Part shown: in pieces, positions 1 through 10,127 of the stretch
Layout of the letters: every line of letters begins with the position of its first letter
Position numbering within the stretch: the stretch's first letter is position 1
Assembly (NCBI GenBank): GCA_001793155.1
Contig: MGHI01000026.1
Span: forward strand, 271-64,270
Direction: 5' to 3'
Origin: Candidatus Woesebacteria bacterium RIFCSPLOWO2_01_FULL_39_61
GTDB taxonomy: Bacteria; Patescibacteriota; Microgenomatia; UBA8517
DNA: 64,000 bases
The notes under the pieces: model-generated
Told to the model about the DNA's origin: nothing
Database searches by the model: none
Seen by the model: only the letters and a program-made list of their open reading frames with translations
Translations under genes and position numbers: made by a program

Positions 1-2
1 CC

Positions 3-230
3 CAGACTAAAAATGAACCTGCAAAAGACAGATTTGAAGCTAGTGTCAAGGGCCAATTTAAAATAGCCGATAAAAAGGGAATTCCTCAAGCTAAGATAGC
101 TAAAACGGCCGCAATTTCGGCAAAATCTGATTATTTGAAGCGGATTAAGAAAGATATCATGAGAAGTCTTACAATCGCAGCTTTGATAATGGGTGCCGAA
201 CTGGTGCTATACTTAGCCTTGAACGCTTGA
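3..230 (+). CDS. 3' end of a gene truncated by the window edge; hypothetical protein with a hydrophobic C-terminus
   Basis: Frame 3 is open from the window edge to TGA at 228-230 (…KDRFEASVKGQFKIADKKGIPQAKIAKTAAISAKSDYLKRIKKDIMRSLTIAALIMGAELVLYLALNA*). Not in the ORF track because it is partial. No recognisable motif. Confidence 0.3.
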   Translation, partial: QTKNEPAKDRFEASVKGQFKIADKKGIPQAKIAKTAAISAKSDYLKRIKKDIMRSLTIAALIMGAELVLYLALNA

Positions 231-426
231 GCTTATTTGAATATAAAGAAATCGTAACTTATGATTATGCCAACTCAAAGATTTGACACGTCAGAAAATA
301 GATTTCTTTCATAATTTGAATGAGTCTGCGATTTCTGTAGCATACATCGCGATCTTTTTAGTTTAATTTTGAAATGCGATGTCTGTAAATAATTTCTGCC
401 CTACTGAGAGGAGGTGAGCCAAATTT

Positions 427-564
427 ATGTACTGTGTAAAATGTCGCGCAAAGAGAGAAGGTAAGAATAAAGAAGATGTAACCATGAAAAACGGAAAGAA
501 AGCCATGAGAGCTATCTGTGAAGTTTGTGGAACCAAGATGTTCAAGATTGTTGGAAACGCTTAA
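427..564 (+). CDS. Small zinc-ribbon protein, 45 aa, with CxxC…CxxC (MYCVKCRAKREGKNKEDVTMKNGKKAMRAICEVCGTKMFKIVGNA)
   Basis: Strong RBS GGAGGTGAGCC 8-12 nt upstream of ATG 427. Two CxxC pairs spaced about 22 aa apart. Followed by a hairpin/T-tract. Missed by the ORF track because it is under 60 aa. It resembles a widespread family of about 45-aa CxxC…CxxC proteins; this is from memory and unverified. Confidence 0.6.
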   Translation: MYCVKCRAKREGKNKEDVTMKNGKKAMRAICEVCGTKMFKIVGNA

Positions 565-600
565 CTTCTCTTCTTGCAAAGTACAAATCACTCTCAAGAG

Positions 601-628
601 GACCGAGTCAGACTCGGTTTCTCTTGGT
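601..628 (+). terminator. Rho-independent terminator candidate after the zinc-ribbon ORF
   Basis: GACCGAGTC-AGA-CTCGGTT stem-loop followed by TCTCTTGG. Confidence 0.4.
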
Positions 629-659
629 CAAAAATTTTCTTTAGACTATTCACCTCAAT

Positions 660-1271
660 ATGGCTAACTACGATTTTGAAAAAGTATTTTCACTGTTTAG
701 GAGAAAATACAAGTTAGTTCCTCTGGAATTTTTCAAAAAGGACCCCTATAAGACCCTCGTTTCAACAATTCTGTCATCGCGTACTAAAGACGAAGTCACA
801 CTTTTAGCTTCTGAGAGATTATTTAAAAAGGCCACAAATATAAAAAAATTGGAGCAATTGGAGCAACTTGAAATTAGAAAGGCAATATTTCCCGTGGGAT
901 TTTACAAAACCAAAGCTGCTCATTTAAAAAAATTGGCGAAAATGATTAATAATAAATATAAAAGTGAAATTCCAGATTCTTTAGAGGAGTTAATTAAGCT
1001 GCCGGGAGTCGGTAGAAAAACGGCAAATTTAGTTTTAAATCGAGCTTTTGGAAAACCGGCAATAGCCGTTGATACTCATGTTCATAAAATTTCAAATCTT
1101 TTAGGTTGGGTAAAAACAAAAATGCCTGAACAAACTGAAAGGGAACTAGTAAAAATTCTTCCTAAAAAATACTGGCCAGAAATCAATCGTCTTTTTGTAA
1201 GCGTTGGTCGTCGATTTACATCTAGGAAAAAACTTATCGAATTTTTGAAGGAAAATAACCTGATTAAATAG
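660..1271 (+). CDS. HhH-GPD DNA glycosylase, endonuclease III-like, lacking the C-terminal [4Fe-4S] cysteine cluster
   Basis: Helix-hairpin-helix LPGVGRKTANLVL with a catalytic Lys. A conserved Asp in AVDTHVHKI matches E. coli Nth K120/D138. No Cys-X6-C-X2-C-X5-C motif at the C-terminus. Confidence 0.8.
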   Translation: MANYDFEKVFSLFRRKYKLVPLEFFKKDPYKTLVSTILSSRTKDEVTLLASERLFKKATNIKKLEQLEQLEIRKAIFPVGFYKTKAAHLKKLAKMINNKYKSEIPDSLEELIKLPGVGRKTANLVLNRAFGKPAIAVDTHVHKISNLLGWVKTKMPEQTERELVKILPKKYWPEINRLFVSVGRRFTSRKKLIEFLKENNLIK

Positions 1272-1326
1272 ACACCTTCACTTCTAGGTTGAAGTCTGTA
1301 ATATTCACCAAATTATCGACGAAGTT

Positions 1327-1959
1327 TTAAAATGCAGTTATGGCTACGGCGAATGTATTTTGTGCGTAAATACATCCCCAAACATACTCGCCACCGTCAA
1401 GGAGCTTTCTATGACCCAAGGCATTTAACCACAACGAAACCGTTTCTTCGGGAGTCTTACCTCCGACCGCTAAAAACTCGGCGATCGTAGAGTAGTCATC
1501 AAAAATCCACTTTAAATCAGGACGCCTTTCAGGCAGATTACTAAATCCTTCATGATTGTCCAATTTCCCAAGTTCCAGTAGTTCATTCAATCGAATCGAA
1601 GCAACTGTACATAATTCGCTTCTTGTTTTCAGGGGATTTACGCCCAGCTCTACCCGTTTTGCATTAACAGCCTCCCACAGCTCAGGACCTCCCCAACTAA
1701 CATTTAGTTTTGTAGGTTTTGGCGTGAGCGCTTGAGTTGGAAAAACTTCTCTGGTAATCGTTGGGGTTGGATTTAACGATTTTTGATTGACAAGCGAGAG
1801 GAAATATTTTTCTGTATCATTTTGCCCAATATCATAACCGCTTACCAAGCCTAACACATAAACTAAAACTAAAATCAGAACAAAAAACGCACTAAGTATA
1901 ACCAAAAGAAATACTTTTGTTATAGACCTCAAATCTACCGAAAATTTTGGTAGGATCAT
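1327..1959 (-). CDS. Membrane-anchored CAP/SCP (YkwD-like) domain protein
   Basis: N-terminal TM helix. The C-terminal region GHRKLL…YVWGC resembles the CAP-domain GHY/HRxN signature. Weak call. Confidence 0.4.
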   Translation of the reverse strand: MILPKFSVDLRSITKVFLLVILSAFFVLILVLVYVLGLVSGYDIGQNDTEKYFLSLVNQKSLNPTPTITREVFPTQALTPKPTKLNVSWGGPELWEAVNAKRVELGVNPLKTRSELCTVASIRLNELLELGKLDNHEGFSNLPERRPDLKWIFDDYSTIAEFLAVGGKTPEETVSLWLNALGHRKLLDGGEYVWGCIYAQNTFAVAITAF

Positions 1960-1966
1960 GAAATTT

Positions 1967-2410
1967 TCATTCTTTACTATTAATTAATATCGTTACCGGT
2001 CCGTCAAGCTCGCAATTTATATTCATATACTCCCCAAATTGACCAGTACTAACTTGAGTGCCGGTTTTTTTGAGCTCGTTGATAAAAAGATTATAGATTT
2101 TATTTGCAAATTCAGGTTCAGCTGCTTGTATAAATGACGGTCTATTGCCTCCGGTTGCGTCACCCAAAAGCGTGAATTGAGAAACTACTAAAAATTCCGC
2201 ATTCATCTCGCTGACTGTTAAATTCATTTTTCCTTTTCGGTCAGACATAATTCTTAGCTTAACTAATTTATCAGCCAACTCTAAAGCTACCTTTTCTGTG
2301 TCTTCTTTTCTTATGCCGACTAACACAAAAAGTCCCTTTTTTATCTCTCCTACAAGTTTGCTTCCTACCGAAACCGACGCTTTATTTACCCTTTGTACAA
2401 CGAGTCTCAT
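1967..2410 (-). CDS. dtd: D-aminoacyl-tRNA deacylase
   Basis: MRLVVQRV…VSQFTL…NRPSF…DGPVT are the hallmark Dtd motifs. Length 147 aa. ATG start at 2410. Confidence 0.9.
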   Translation of the reverse strand: MRLVVQRVNKASVSVGSKLVGEIKKGLFVLVGIRKEDTEKVALELADKLVKLRIMSDRKGKMNLTVSEMNAEFLVVSQFTLLGDATGGNRPSFIQAAEPEFANKIYNLFINELKKTGTQVSTGQFGEYMNINCELDGPVTILINSKE

Positions 2411-2439
2411 GGGCGAATTGTATCAAATTATCTCTCTTT

Positions 2440-2655
2440 TCACTCATTTTTCTTTTTTTTCTCCATTAGTTCCCAAAAATACTTAATCAAAAAGATCGTC
2501 CAGCCGATTGCGATCAGCAGAAATACCAAATTCACAATCAGTCCCTCAAGTCGTAGATAGGCATAGATTACTCCAATGATAAAGATAAAAAGCAGTCCCG
2601 CAAAAAAAACGAAATACTCTGCGATAAAGCGAAAAAAGGACTTAATCATATTCAC
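2440..2655 (-). CDS. Small hypothetical membrane protein (71 aa)
   Basis: Two predicted TM helices. No motif recognised. Confidence 0.3.
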   Translation of the reverse strand: MNMIKSFFRFIAEYFVFFAGLLFIFIIGVIYAYLRLEGLIVNLVFLLIAIGWTIFLIKYFWELMEKKKKNE

Positions 2656-2697
2656 TTTAAGTGTATCACGTTACATTTCTAATCCGGGGTATCTGGA

Positions 2698-5046
2698 TTA
2701 TATCTTTATTGTTTTCAGGCGAAGAGAATTTCCGACAACAGAAATTGAGCTGGCTGCCATAGCGAAAGCGGCAAGAGCCGGATTAAGAAGTAGTCCAAAA
2801 AATGGGTATAAAATTCCCATCGCAACTGGTATAAGGATAACATTGTAACCAAAAGCCCAAAAAAGATTTTGTTTTATTACCGAGAGTGTTTTTTTGCTGA
2901 GATTAATTGCAGTATTCACCATCCTTAGGTCCTTATTCAAAAGAGTAATTCCGGCTGATTCCATTGCTACATCCGTTCCAGTAGCCATGGCAATACCTAC
3001 ATCCGCACTTGCCAATGCGGGGGCATCATTAATGCCGTCACCGACAAAAGCTACGAAACTGCCCGGTCTTTTTTTGAACCCTCTAACTTTCTCGGCTTTA
3101 TCCGCCGGCAATACTTCCGCCAAAATATTTTTTATACTAGCCTCATTTGCAATCGCTTTTGCCGTCGTTTCATTATCGCCAGTTATCATCCAAACTTCGA
3201 TTCCTTTTCTCCTAAGATCCGAAACCATTTCTGCGACACCTGATTTGAGCGTGTCCGCAATTGCTATAACTCCTACATGTATCCCGTCTACGGAAACATA
3301 AGCCAAGGTTTTTCCATCTTCGGTCCAACTCTTGGTCTTTTCTTCCAAATTTTTATTTATATTTATCTTGTTACTATCCAAGAGTTTTTTATTTCCTACG
3401 ATAACCTTCTTATCCAGAACTATTCCTTCTACCCCAAATCCCTCTATTGCCTTAAAGTTTTTAACCGACATCATATACCGTTGTGTTTCACCCGTGTCAA
3501 ATTTGCCAACTATGGCTTTAGAAAGTGGGTGTTCAGAGTGATACTCCACGCTGGTCAGCAAACCCTTTATTTCTTCATCCTTTAGATATTTCTTATCTGA
3601 GCTGTCAAATTTATAATCTGTAACTAACGGCTCTCCTTGAGTTAGGGTACCGGTTTTATCAAAAATAACCGTTTTTACTTTATGAGCCGTCTCAAGAGCT
3701 TCTGCGTCTTTGATTAAGATTCCCTTTTCTGCACCTCTGCCAGTACCAACCATAATTGCGGTTGGGGTTGCAAGCCCGAGTGCGCAGGGACAAGCAATAA
3801 TAAGAACCGCAATCATATTCGTAAACGCCTGAGAAAAAGTTCCCAGGTCATACCAAACTACAAAGGTTGTTACCGCAAGCATCAAAATAATAGGCACAAA
3901 ATATGAAGAAATTACGTCAGCCAGCCGTTGAATTGGTGCACGCGAAGATTGCGCTTCGGAAACCATTTTTACAATTTGGGAAAGCATGGTATTTTTACCG
4001 ACCTTCGTTGCCCGAAATATAAATGACCCGTTTTTATTAATGGTTGCTCCGATTACATTGTCTCCAACTTTTTTATCCACCGGGATTGATTCGCCGGTTA
4101 CCATCGATTCATCTATCGAACTTGACCCTTCGATAATTTCACCGTCAACCGGAATTTTTTCTCCCGGTCGGACTCTAATTTTGTCACCATCGATAACTTC
4201 TTCGATCGGGATATCAATTTCCTTTCCATCCCTAAAAACCCGGGCTGTCTTGGCCTGTAAACCTAAGAGTTTTTTAATAGCATCGGACGTATGGGCCTTT
4301 GCTTTTGCTTCCAGGTATCTACCCAAAAGAATAAGGGTGATAATAATGGAAGCCGTGTCGTAATACATAACCCTGGGAAAACCCAGGTTTTCAAGATTAC
4401 TTCCAAAAAGTGTCACTAATAGTGAAAATCCATAAGCAGCAGATGTTCCAAAGGCAATTAAGGTATCCATACTTGCAGTTCTATTCCGAAGACCCGACCA
4501 AGTCGCCTGATAAAATCCTTTACCCGCCCAAAATTGAACCGGGCTGGAGAGAATAAGTAAGACAAACGGGTTAGTTAAGAATCGGGGTATAAATGTAAAC
4601 CACTCCGGAAAACTTCCAAGAAAAATAAATGCGGAAAGAATAGATGAAACTATTACCTTAATTTTTAAATCTGCCAATTCTTTTTTCTTTTCAGTTTGTT
4701 TAACCTCGTCAGCCGTTTTTTGTTTATCTTCATCTACAAATACTGCCTTATAACCGGCTTTTTCTACGGCTTCTGCCAGATCTTTATCTTTAACTTTGGG
4801 ATCACATTCTACACTCGCCTCTTCACTAGCATAGTTGACAGAGGACGAAATTACTCCAGGAGTTTTTTGTAAACTCCTTTCAATTAACCGTGCGCATGAA
4901 GCACAGTGCATTCCGATGACGGGGAATGACTTCTTAACAAATTTTGAGTTATTCAAACTCGCCTTAGGCGAGGAGTGAACAAACTCGCTCGAAGGGTCGA
5001 TTCGCAGTTTACTGCGAATTGGTTTATTCAACGATGATTTTTCCAT
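2698..5046 (-). CDS. copA: Copper-translocating P1B-type ATPase
   Basis: N-terminal HMA domain [12 protein letters not shown]. Transmembrane CPC motif ([11 protein letters not shown]). DKTGTLT phosphorylation site. GDGINDAP hinge. Confidence 0.92.
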   Translation of the reverse strand: MEKSSLNKPIRSKLRIDPSSEFVHSSPKASLNNSKFVKKSFPVIGMHCASCARLIERSLQKTPGVISSSVNYASEEASVECDPKVKDKDLAEAVEKAGYKAVFVDEDKQKTADEVKQTEKKKELADLKIKVIVSSILSAFIFLGSFPEWFTFIPRFLTNPFVLLILSSPVQFWAGKGFYQATWSGLRNRTASMDTLIAFGTSAAYGFSLLVTLFGSNLENLGFPRVMYYDTASIIITLILLGRYLEAKAKAHTSDAIKKLLGLQAKTARVFRDGKEIDIPIEEVIDGDKIRVRPGEKIPVDGEIIEGSSSIDESMVTGESIPVDKKVGDNVIGATINKNGSFIFRATKVGKNTMLSQIVKMVSEAQSSRAPIQRLADVISSYFVPIILMLAVTTFVVWYDLGTFSQAFTNMIAVLIIACPCALGLATPTAIMVGTGRGAEKGILIKDAEALETAHKVKTVIFDKTGTLTQGEPLVTDYKFDSSDKKYLKDEEIKGLLTSVEYHSEHPLSKAIVGKFDTGETQRYMMSVKNFKAIEGFGVEGIVLDKKVIVGNKKLLDSNKININKNLEEKTKSWTEDGKTLAYVSVDGIHVGVIAIADTLKSGVAEMVSDLRRKGIEVWMITGDNETTAKAIANEASIKNILAEVLPADKAEKVRGFKKRPGSFVAFVGDGINDAPALASADVGIAMATGTDVAMESAGITLLNKDLRMVNTAINLSKKTLSVIKQNLFWAFGYNVILIPVAMGILYPFFGLLLNPALAAFAMAASSISVVGNSLRLKTIKI

Positions 5047-5383
5047 GATACATATTCATACCGCAATGAAAGCCGACTTCTCCAACCTTCTGTGGTGTTA
5101 TCTCAATATCGACTTGTTCATTCAAGGGCAAATACTTTTTAATCTTAAATTCGGGTAAAATTATTTCTTCTAAACAGGTATTTGGGTCTTTACGTGTAAT
5201 CTTAAGAGTGGTTTTTATTCCTTTTTTTAATCGAATTGCAGCCGGTTTATACCCTCCATCTACAATAATATTTATCTCGCTCGAAGCCCTTACCACCTCT
5301 TCTTTCTTTCCAAAGAAAAACCAGTAGATTAGACCTACCAGTCCGACGCCCAATGTTGTTACAAGTAGCTTATTTAATTCCAT
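5024..5383 (-). CDS. Membrane-anchored cupredoxin-like domain protein
   Basis: N-terminal TM helix. C-terminal [10 protein letters not shown] motif is shared with the C-termini of 8928..9923 (YTCSMGMYTG) and 11516..12058 (YYCLIGQH). Looks like the cupredoxin_1-like copper-binding domain family (from memory). Confidence 0.55.
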   Translation of the reverse strand: MELNKLLVTTLGVGLVGLIYWFFFGKKEEVVRASSEINIIVDGGYKPAAIRLKKGIKTTLKITRKDPNTCLEEIILPEFKIKKYLPLNEQVDIEITPQKVGEVGFHCGMNMYHGKIIVE

Positions 5384-5386
5384 GGA

Positions 5387-5605
5387 TTATTTTTCCTTGT
5401 TGCCTTTTAGCCAAAAATACCTGATAAGTGCAACGAGTAGCATCACAATTAGTATCCAAGTGATAAACCGCATCAGGCCCAAAAACGGCCAATACGAGCT
5501 TACATTTTGGTAATACTTTTGCATCATTTGTCTCATTGATTCGGGCATAGAATCCCAATTTCCGTAATAACCACCGTCAAATATATGACCCATCATACAT
5601 ATCAC
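5387..5605 (-). CDS. Small Met/His-rich membrane protein (72 aa), possible Cu-binding
   Basis: MMGH…MPESMRQMMQ Met-rich N-terminus followed by a TM helix. Sits in the copper operon. Confidence 0.35.
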   Translation of the reverse strand: MICMMGHIFDGGYYGNWDSMPESMRQMMQKYYQNVSSYWPFLGLMRFITWILIVMLLVALIRYFWLKGNKEK

Positions 5606-5871
5606 CTCCCTGTCTTATTCATCTTATTGTATAGAAAGGCAAATAAATATCCCACCAGCCAGCTCCCGGCAACGGTAGTTATAAGTCCGAGTGTAAAATT
5701 GCCTCTGGCAGCTCCTGTCCAAATTTTCCCCAAATCCATTCCGTGAAACCAACTAATGGCAACTGTTTTTGAAACTTCCGGGAAAATCCCGATCAGAATC
5801 GCGCAGGTGAAATAAACCACTCCCATTGTCAAGGCCAAAGAATTTGCCAGAACACTTTCTCTTATTTTCAT
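5602..5871 (-). CDS. Small 2-3 TM membrane protein (89 aa; start revised from 5949 to ATG 5871)
   Basis: Strong RBS AAGGAGGGGGTGA 5 nt upstream of ATG at 5871. The track's longer ORF starts inside the upstream structured repeat element. Confidence 0.5.
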   Translation of the reverse strand: MKIRESVLANSLALTMGVVYFTCAILIGIFPEVSKTVAISWFHGMDLGKIWTGAARGNFTLGLITTVAGSWLVGYLFAFLYNKMNKTGR

Positions 5872-5892
5872 TATTCTCACCCCCTCCTTTTT

Positions 5893-6012
5893 TATGACAT
5901 TCTCCCCGCTACTTATGTGCGGGGTTTCTCTTCCAAAAGAGAATGACATATCAGAGTTCGATTCATCTCTGGGTCAATTGCCCAGAGTTTTCTCGAGATC
6001 TGCTATAAAATC
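5893..6012 (+). repeat. Structured repeat element, copy A: ATGACATTCTCCCCGC…GCGGGG hairpin + U-tract, ATGACATAT box, CTCTGGG…CCCAGAG hairpin + UUUUCUCG
   Basis: About 80% identical over about 115 nt to 13853..13972. Also related to the minus-strand copy at 33414..33509. The hairpin arms differ between copies while the stems stay paired. Confidence 0.55.
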
Positions 6013-6142
6013 TTAAAGATCTAAAACGACTATTAATTTTACAATTTCAGAGAAATCTGCTGTCCTTTGAAAAAGGAATTTACATCTGATTTATTTTTTC
6101 TTTGTCTACCTTTCTTTTGGGAAAAGAAAGGTAGAGTTAAGG

Positions 6143-7390
6143 TTATGCTCCGCAACTCCCTCCGCTCTTACCTCCATATGGTAATGGGCCGACTTTCTGA
6201 TTTAATTTTGCGGCGCCCTGACCTGAAGAATACTCCGAGCTTAAGACCAGTTTTGCATCGACTTTATCCCAGTTTATTCCCTGTCGGGCAAAGTATGTTG
6301 CGATTGTTAAATAATTTTGGGGAAACCAAAAAGAGTTCAACTTCAATACATTTTTGTAAATTTCCTCATCTGATATTCCCTTAGAAACCATTAACTCGAT
6401 TGCGGCGAGGGCTGCCATGCCGTGATTACAATCGGGAAAGGCAGTGTGATTTCCACAACATGGTCTATAAACATTTTCCGCTATTTCCATAACTTTCTTC
6501 TGCTGCTCCGAGGTAAGGGAAACGATATCGTGCTTATTGTAATGGTCCATCGCATTCCCGCGCGCCAGAGTCCAACCCCCTGTCGATGCAAAATTTCCGA
6601 CTTTTGCTTTATTCTCCTTGCCCATCGGTCCAATCTCGTAAACTAAACTTTTCTGCGCAAGCCCCAAGGCCCATAAAAGGTCGACGACGAATTGACCATT
6701 CTTACTATTTATACTGATCATTTGATCGCTATTACCGGCAAAGACTTGTTTTTCGGAATCTCCCATTGCAACAGCTTTCTCAAATTTCAGTTTATCAATT
6801 GCACCTAACTCAACTAATTTCGGAGCTATATCTCCCCAAGAGATCGGAAGCTCAAATCCTTCTTGCGGTAAAACCGTCTCGGGTAGCTTTGTTAAATCCA
6901 AAAGTGCATAGTTTTGTATTGTCCACTCATCCATACCGCCCTCGAGGTGGCGTATATTTTTATAGCCCGTACTCTTCAATGTCGCCAGAGCCTCAGCGCT
7001 CATTCTTCCTGTTTTACAATAAAGAATAATGGGTGTTTCCTTATCTTTTGGAAGCTTATCGCTGTTGGCAACCATTAAGTCGTAGTCAATGAATAAATCG
7101 GTCTTTTCAATCTCCCCTTCGTAAGGGGTGTGAACATTAATTAAAATCGGATTTGCCCCCTGGCTTGTCTTTGCATCAAGTTCACTTTTAAGATCTTTGG
7201 CTGATATTTCTTCTTCTTTTGAAACTCTCACTGATTTCACCTCTGTCCAGGGGAAACTCAACTCCCCTGCGTTTTTCCCCAACCAAAAGCCGATAGAAAG
7301 AAGCATCAGAAAAATCCCGAGTGTAAAGATCTCTCTATTTTTCTTGACAAATTTTTTGTAAGTTTTAATTCTAACTTTTGATAAAACCAT
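6143..7390 (-). CDS. Membrane-anchored rhodanese (sulfurtransferase) domain protein fused to a Cys-rich C-terminal domain of unknown function
   Basis: N-terminal TM helix. Rhodanese active-site loop YCKTGRMS (CX4R). C-terminal CCGNHTAFPDCNHGMA … SGGSCGA. Sits in the CsoR-headed operon. Confidence 0.65.
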   Translation of the reverse strand: MVLSKVRIKTYKKFVKKNREIFTLGIFLMLLSIGFWLGKNAGELSFPWTEVKSVRVSKEEEISAKDLKSELDAKTSQGANPILINVHTPYEGEIEKTDLFIDYDLMVANSDKLPKDKETPIILYCKTGRMSAEALATLKSTGYKNIRHLEGGMDEWTIQNYALLDLTKLPETVLPQEGFELPISWGDIAPKLVELGAIDKLKFEKAVAMGDSEKQVFAGNSDQMISINSKNGQFVVDLLWALGLAQKSLVYEIGPMGKENKAKVGNFASTGGWTLARGNAMDHYNKHDIVSLTSEQQKKVMEIAENVYRPCCGNHTAFPDCNHGMAALAAIELMVSKGISDEEIYKNVLKLNSFWFPQNYLTIATYFARQGINWDKVDAKLVLSSEYSSGQGAAKLNQKVGPLPYGGKSGGSCGA

Positions 7391-7414
7391 AGGTTTATCC
7401 CAAATCTTTAAAAT

Positions 7415-7981
7415 TTAAATATAATAATTTATGAGAATATATACTCCGATACTTGCTAGAGTTACAGATCCCAAACTAAATGCCATAGACTGGTAGGGGA
7501 AAAGAGATTTACCGTTTTTTCTTTTTATAAATATGTTTCCGATGTCCACCAAATAAAAAACCGCAGACCCCAAAATCATCCCAAAGGTTAGCTTATCCAA
7601 GCCAAAGATATTATCCATTCTTATTATTAAATTAAATCGATAGAAAGACCAAAGTGTTACAACAAAAATAGTTAGGTATATAAAAAATCCGACGAAACGG
7701 TTAAAGAAAATCTTATTTTTTTGTCCTAAGTATCTTAATAGCCAAAACGCGCTTGCTCCCAAAAGCGCTCCAATCCAAATTCCGGTGATGGAATCGTCCA
7801 CTCCGACCCAACGAGTCAAAGTTATCCCCGCCGCGGCTCCCGCAACACAGAGTGGACAGTGTGCTTGGATTACCCTGGGAAATCCAAAAAATATAACATT
7901 TATAACGATTATAAAAGTTATGACGCAACTTAAAGTTGCGACATATCGAACTTTGTTCGCTATAATAATTGTCTTTCTCAT
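7415..7981 (-). CDS. Polytopic membrane protein with a CPLC motif in the first extracytoplasmic loop
   Basis: Five or six predicted TM helices. C42-P-L-C45 only; no second Cys pair, so not a canonical DsbB. Overlaps neighbours by 4 nt (operon). Confidence 0.4.
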   Translation of the reverse strand: MRKTIIIANKVRYVATLSCVITFIIVINVIFFGFPRVIQAHCPLCVAGAAAGITLTRWVGVDDSITGIWIGALLGASAFWLLRYLGQKNKIFFNRFVGFFIYLTIFVVTLWSFYRFNLIIRMDNIFGLDKLTFGMILGSAVFYLVDIGNIFIKRKNGKSLFPYQSMAFSLGSVTLASIGVYILINYYI

Positions 7982-8487
7982 TTAACAACCACACCATTAA
8001 ATTTAAGCTCTTTTATCCCTGCTGGATCACTAAATGTTAAAAAAACTGATCTGTCAACAGGACCTGCTCCCTGTGGACCATGTGCTGCAGGATCAAAACG
8101 AACAATAGTCTTCCCTGTTGCCCCGGCGCCGATTTCAACATTTACAGAGGGGTTTTTATCACCGTGTCCCTCCATTCCGAAAAATTTAGTAGCCTCGCCT
8201 CCAATTTCAAATGAAGCTTTTGTACACATACAAGAGGTGGTAATTTTCTTTATTATCAACGTCTTATCGGTAGTATTTTTTATCTCGTATTCTTTGGTTA
8301 CAAGACCTCCGTTTATAGGTACATTTCCCAAGTCATAATTACCCGGATTGACCTCGATCCCTACCGCGTCTCCCAGGATTTGAGAATCTTGGGAGCTTTC
8401 AACTTGAGTGTTATCTTTCCCTTGCAAAAAAATAAAACCAAAAATAAGCAATATCGTTACTCCGATAGTAATAATTAAAGGTTTCAT
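7978..8487 (-). CDS. DUF1573-like secreted protein with an SCMCT motif
   Basis: Signal-anchor N-terminus. TTSCMCTKA resembles the DUF1573 CGCT signature (from memory). Beta-rich. Confidence 0.5.
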   Translation of the reverse strand: MKPLIITIGVTILLIFGFIFLQGKDNTQVESSQDSQILGDAVGIEVNPGNYDLGNVPINGGLVTKEYEIKNTTDKTLIIKKITTSCMCTKASFEIGGEATKFFGMEGHGDKNPSVNVEIGAGATGKTIVRFDPAAHGPQGAGPVDRSVFLTFSDPAGIKELKFNGVVVK

Positions 8488-8490
8488 GGT

Positions 8491-8781
8491 TTAACTTTCC
8501 GATTTGTTAAAAACATCCAGTATTTCATTTACTAACCTATTGTTTTTACCCCCATCTTTTTTAATTTCAGCCAAGACACAACCCCGCAGATGACCATCAA
8601 GTACCAACTCGTCAACTTTCTTTAATGCCGACTGGACTGCTTGGGATTGATGTATAACATCAATGCAATACTTATCATCAGCGACCATCTCGATTATTTT
8701 CTCCAGGTGACCTTTTGCAATCACAAGTCGGTGAAGAATTTTATTTTTAGTTGGTTCCTTCGTATATAAACGTGTGTTCAT
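8491..8781 (-). CDS. csoR: CsoR-family copper-sensing transcriptional repressor
   Basis: 96 aa. Cys in KYCIDV plus H-x3-C in LDGHLRGC gives the C-H-C Cu(I) ligand set of CsoR (DUF156 fold). Operator-like palindrome immediately upstream. Confidence 0.8.
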   Translation of the reverse strand: MNTRLYTKEPTKNKILHRLVIAKGHLEKIIEMVADDKYCIDVIHQSQAVQSALKKVDELVLDGHLRGCVLAEIKKDGGKNNRLVNEILDVFNKSES

Positions 8782-8791
8782 AATTTTCTAC

Positions 8792-8808
8792 ATCCCCCGT
8801 GGGGGGAT
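8792..8808. promoter_or_regulatory. Candidate CsoR operator: ATCCCCC-GTG-GGGGGAT palindrome in the csoR/8928 divergent promoter
   Basis: C-tract/G-tract inverted repeat. Resembles known CsoR operators such as B. subtilis copZA TACCC…GGGTA. Confidence 0.5.
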
Positions 8809-8927
8809 ATGACTATCATACAACTTTTATTCCGGCTGTCAATCTCCTATATCGTCTTTAATAAAAAATCTACTTTTTATTCTAAAAATTTGGTATGCTA
8901 TACCAATCATTAAGAGGTAAATTAAAC

Positions 8928-9923
8928 ATGAATCAAGTTTGGTTGGCATTTATAACGGGTTTAACCACAGGTGGAGTTTCCTGCTTTGCAATTCAGGGGG
9001 GATTGCTTGCATCAAGTCTTTCGAATCAGCAAAAAGATAACCAAAAAAACGCGGTTATTGTTTTTCTTTCCTCGAAACTTGTAGCTTACTCAATCCTGGG
9101 AATAATTTTAGGAGCTTTAGGTTCCACTCTGGTTATTTCTCCCAAAATTCAGGGTCTCATGCAAATCTTTGCTGGTCTTTTTATGCTGGCTACAGTAGGA
9201 AAACTCCTTAATATTCATCCCTTATTCAGATACTTCACATTAACCCCACCTAAGGCGATTTTCAGAATTGTTCGTTCAAAAAGCTTGGATTCGGGCTTGT
9301 TTTCGTCTTCAACCCTGGGATTTTTAACCGTGCTTATACCCTGCGGGGTCACACAAGCAATGATACTTCTTTCTGTTGCTTCCGGAAGTGCGCTATACGG
9401 TGGATTAATTCTGGCGGCATTTGTAATAGGAACATCACCGGTATTTTTTGCGCTCGGAATCGCCTCGGGGGAAATATTAAAAAGAAATTCACTTAAATAT
9501 CTTGCCGCTTTAGCTATTTTTATTCTCGGAGTAATTTCGATTAATACCGGCCAAATACTTCGGGGCTCCGTTCACACCCTACAAAATTACTACGCCGCAG
9601 CAACCGGAAATTTGTATTCAAAAAATTCCAAACTCGTGGCAGGGGTATCTGCATCCGGGAAGCAAGAGGTCGAAATTAAGGTTACAAGCGGGGGTTATCA
9701 GTCAAATATTCAAACCTTAAAAGCGGGAGTACCTGTTTCTCTTACCCTCGTTTCCCAGAATGTAAGCAGCTGTGCCCGCTCATTCACGATTCCGGAATAT
9801 AATATCTCAAAAGTTCTACCCCAAACCGGAGTTTCAACGGTCGAATTCACACCAACGAAAAGAGGCAGACTAACCTATACCTGCAGTATGGGGATGTATA
9901 CGGGATATTTTGAGGTAATTTGA
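8928..9923 (+). CDS. Polytopic membrane protein fused to a C-terminal cupredoxin-like domain (track start 8895; ATG 8928 has the RBS AAGAGGT)
   Basis: About six TM helices, with single Cys in TM1 and a PCG in a later TM. The C-terminal about 90 aa carries YTCSMGMYTGYFEVI, as in 5024..5383. Confidence 0.55.
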   Translation: MNQVWLAFITGLTTGGVSCFAIQGGLLASSLSNQQKDNQKNAVIVFLSSKLVAYSILGIILGALGSTLVISPKIQGLMQIFAGLFMLATVGKLLNIHPLFRYFTLTPPKAIFRIVRSKSLDSGLFSSSTLGFLTVLIPCGVTQAMILLSVASGSALYGGLILAAFVIGTSPVFFALGIASGEILKRNSLKYLAALAIFILGVISINTGQILRGSVHTLQNYYAAATGNLYSKNSKLVAGVSASGKQEVEIKVTSGGYQSNIQTLKAGVPVSLTLVSQNVSSCARSFTIPEYNISKVLPQTGVSTVEFTPTKRGRLTYTCSMGMYTGYFEVI

Positions 9924-9924
9924 T

Positions 9925-10122
9925 ATGACAAAAAAGACTTACAAGGTTAAAGGAATGGATTGCGATGCCTGCGCAAAAATGATCGAGCTGGATTTGGAAG
10001 ACCAAAATATAAAGGCGTCATGCAACTATGCAAAGGAACTTTTGGAAGTTGAATTAACGGACGATAAAGACGAAGAGAAAGTTAAAAATATTGTAAAAAA
10101 CGGCGGATACGAACTTGCTTAA
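9925..10122 (+). CDS. copZ: Heavy-metal-associated (HMA) copper chaperone
   Basis: 65 aa. GMDCDAC metal-binding motif. RBS GAGGT. Confidence 0.8.
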   Translation: MTKKTYKVKGMDCDACAKMIELDLEDQNIKASCNYAKELLEVELTDDKDEEKVKNIVKNGGYELA

Positions 10123-10127
10123 GATCT

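Noticed and set aside
358-597. Two minus-strand ORFs of 79 and 60 aa
   Set aside because: Antisense to the RBS-supported zinc-ribbon ORF and terminator. No RBS.
5872-5949. Track start of ORF 5602..5949 (MSFSFGRETPH…)
   Set aside because: The extension runs through the structured repeat element. A strong RBS precedes the internal ATG at 5871, so I re-called the gene as 5602..5871.
7415-7981. DsbB-like disulfide oxidoreductase call for the CPLC membrane protein
   Set aside because: Only one CxxC pair is present and the second periplasmic Cys pair is missing. Left as a generic membrane protein.
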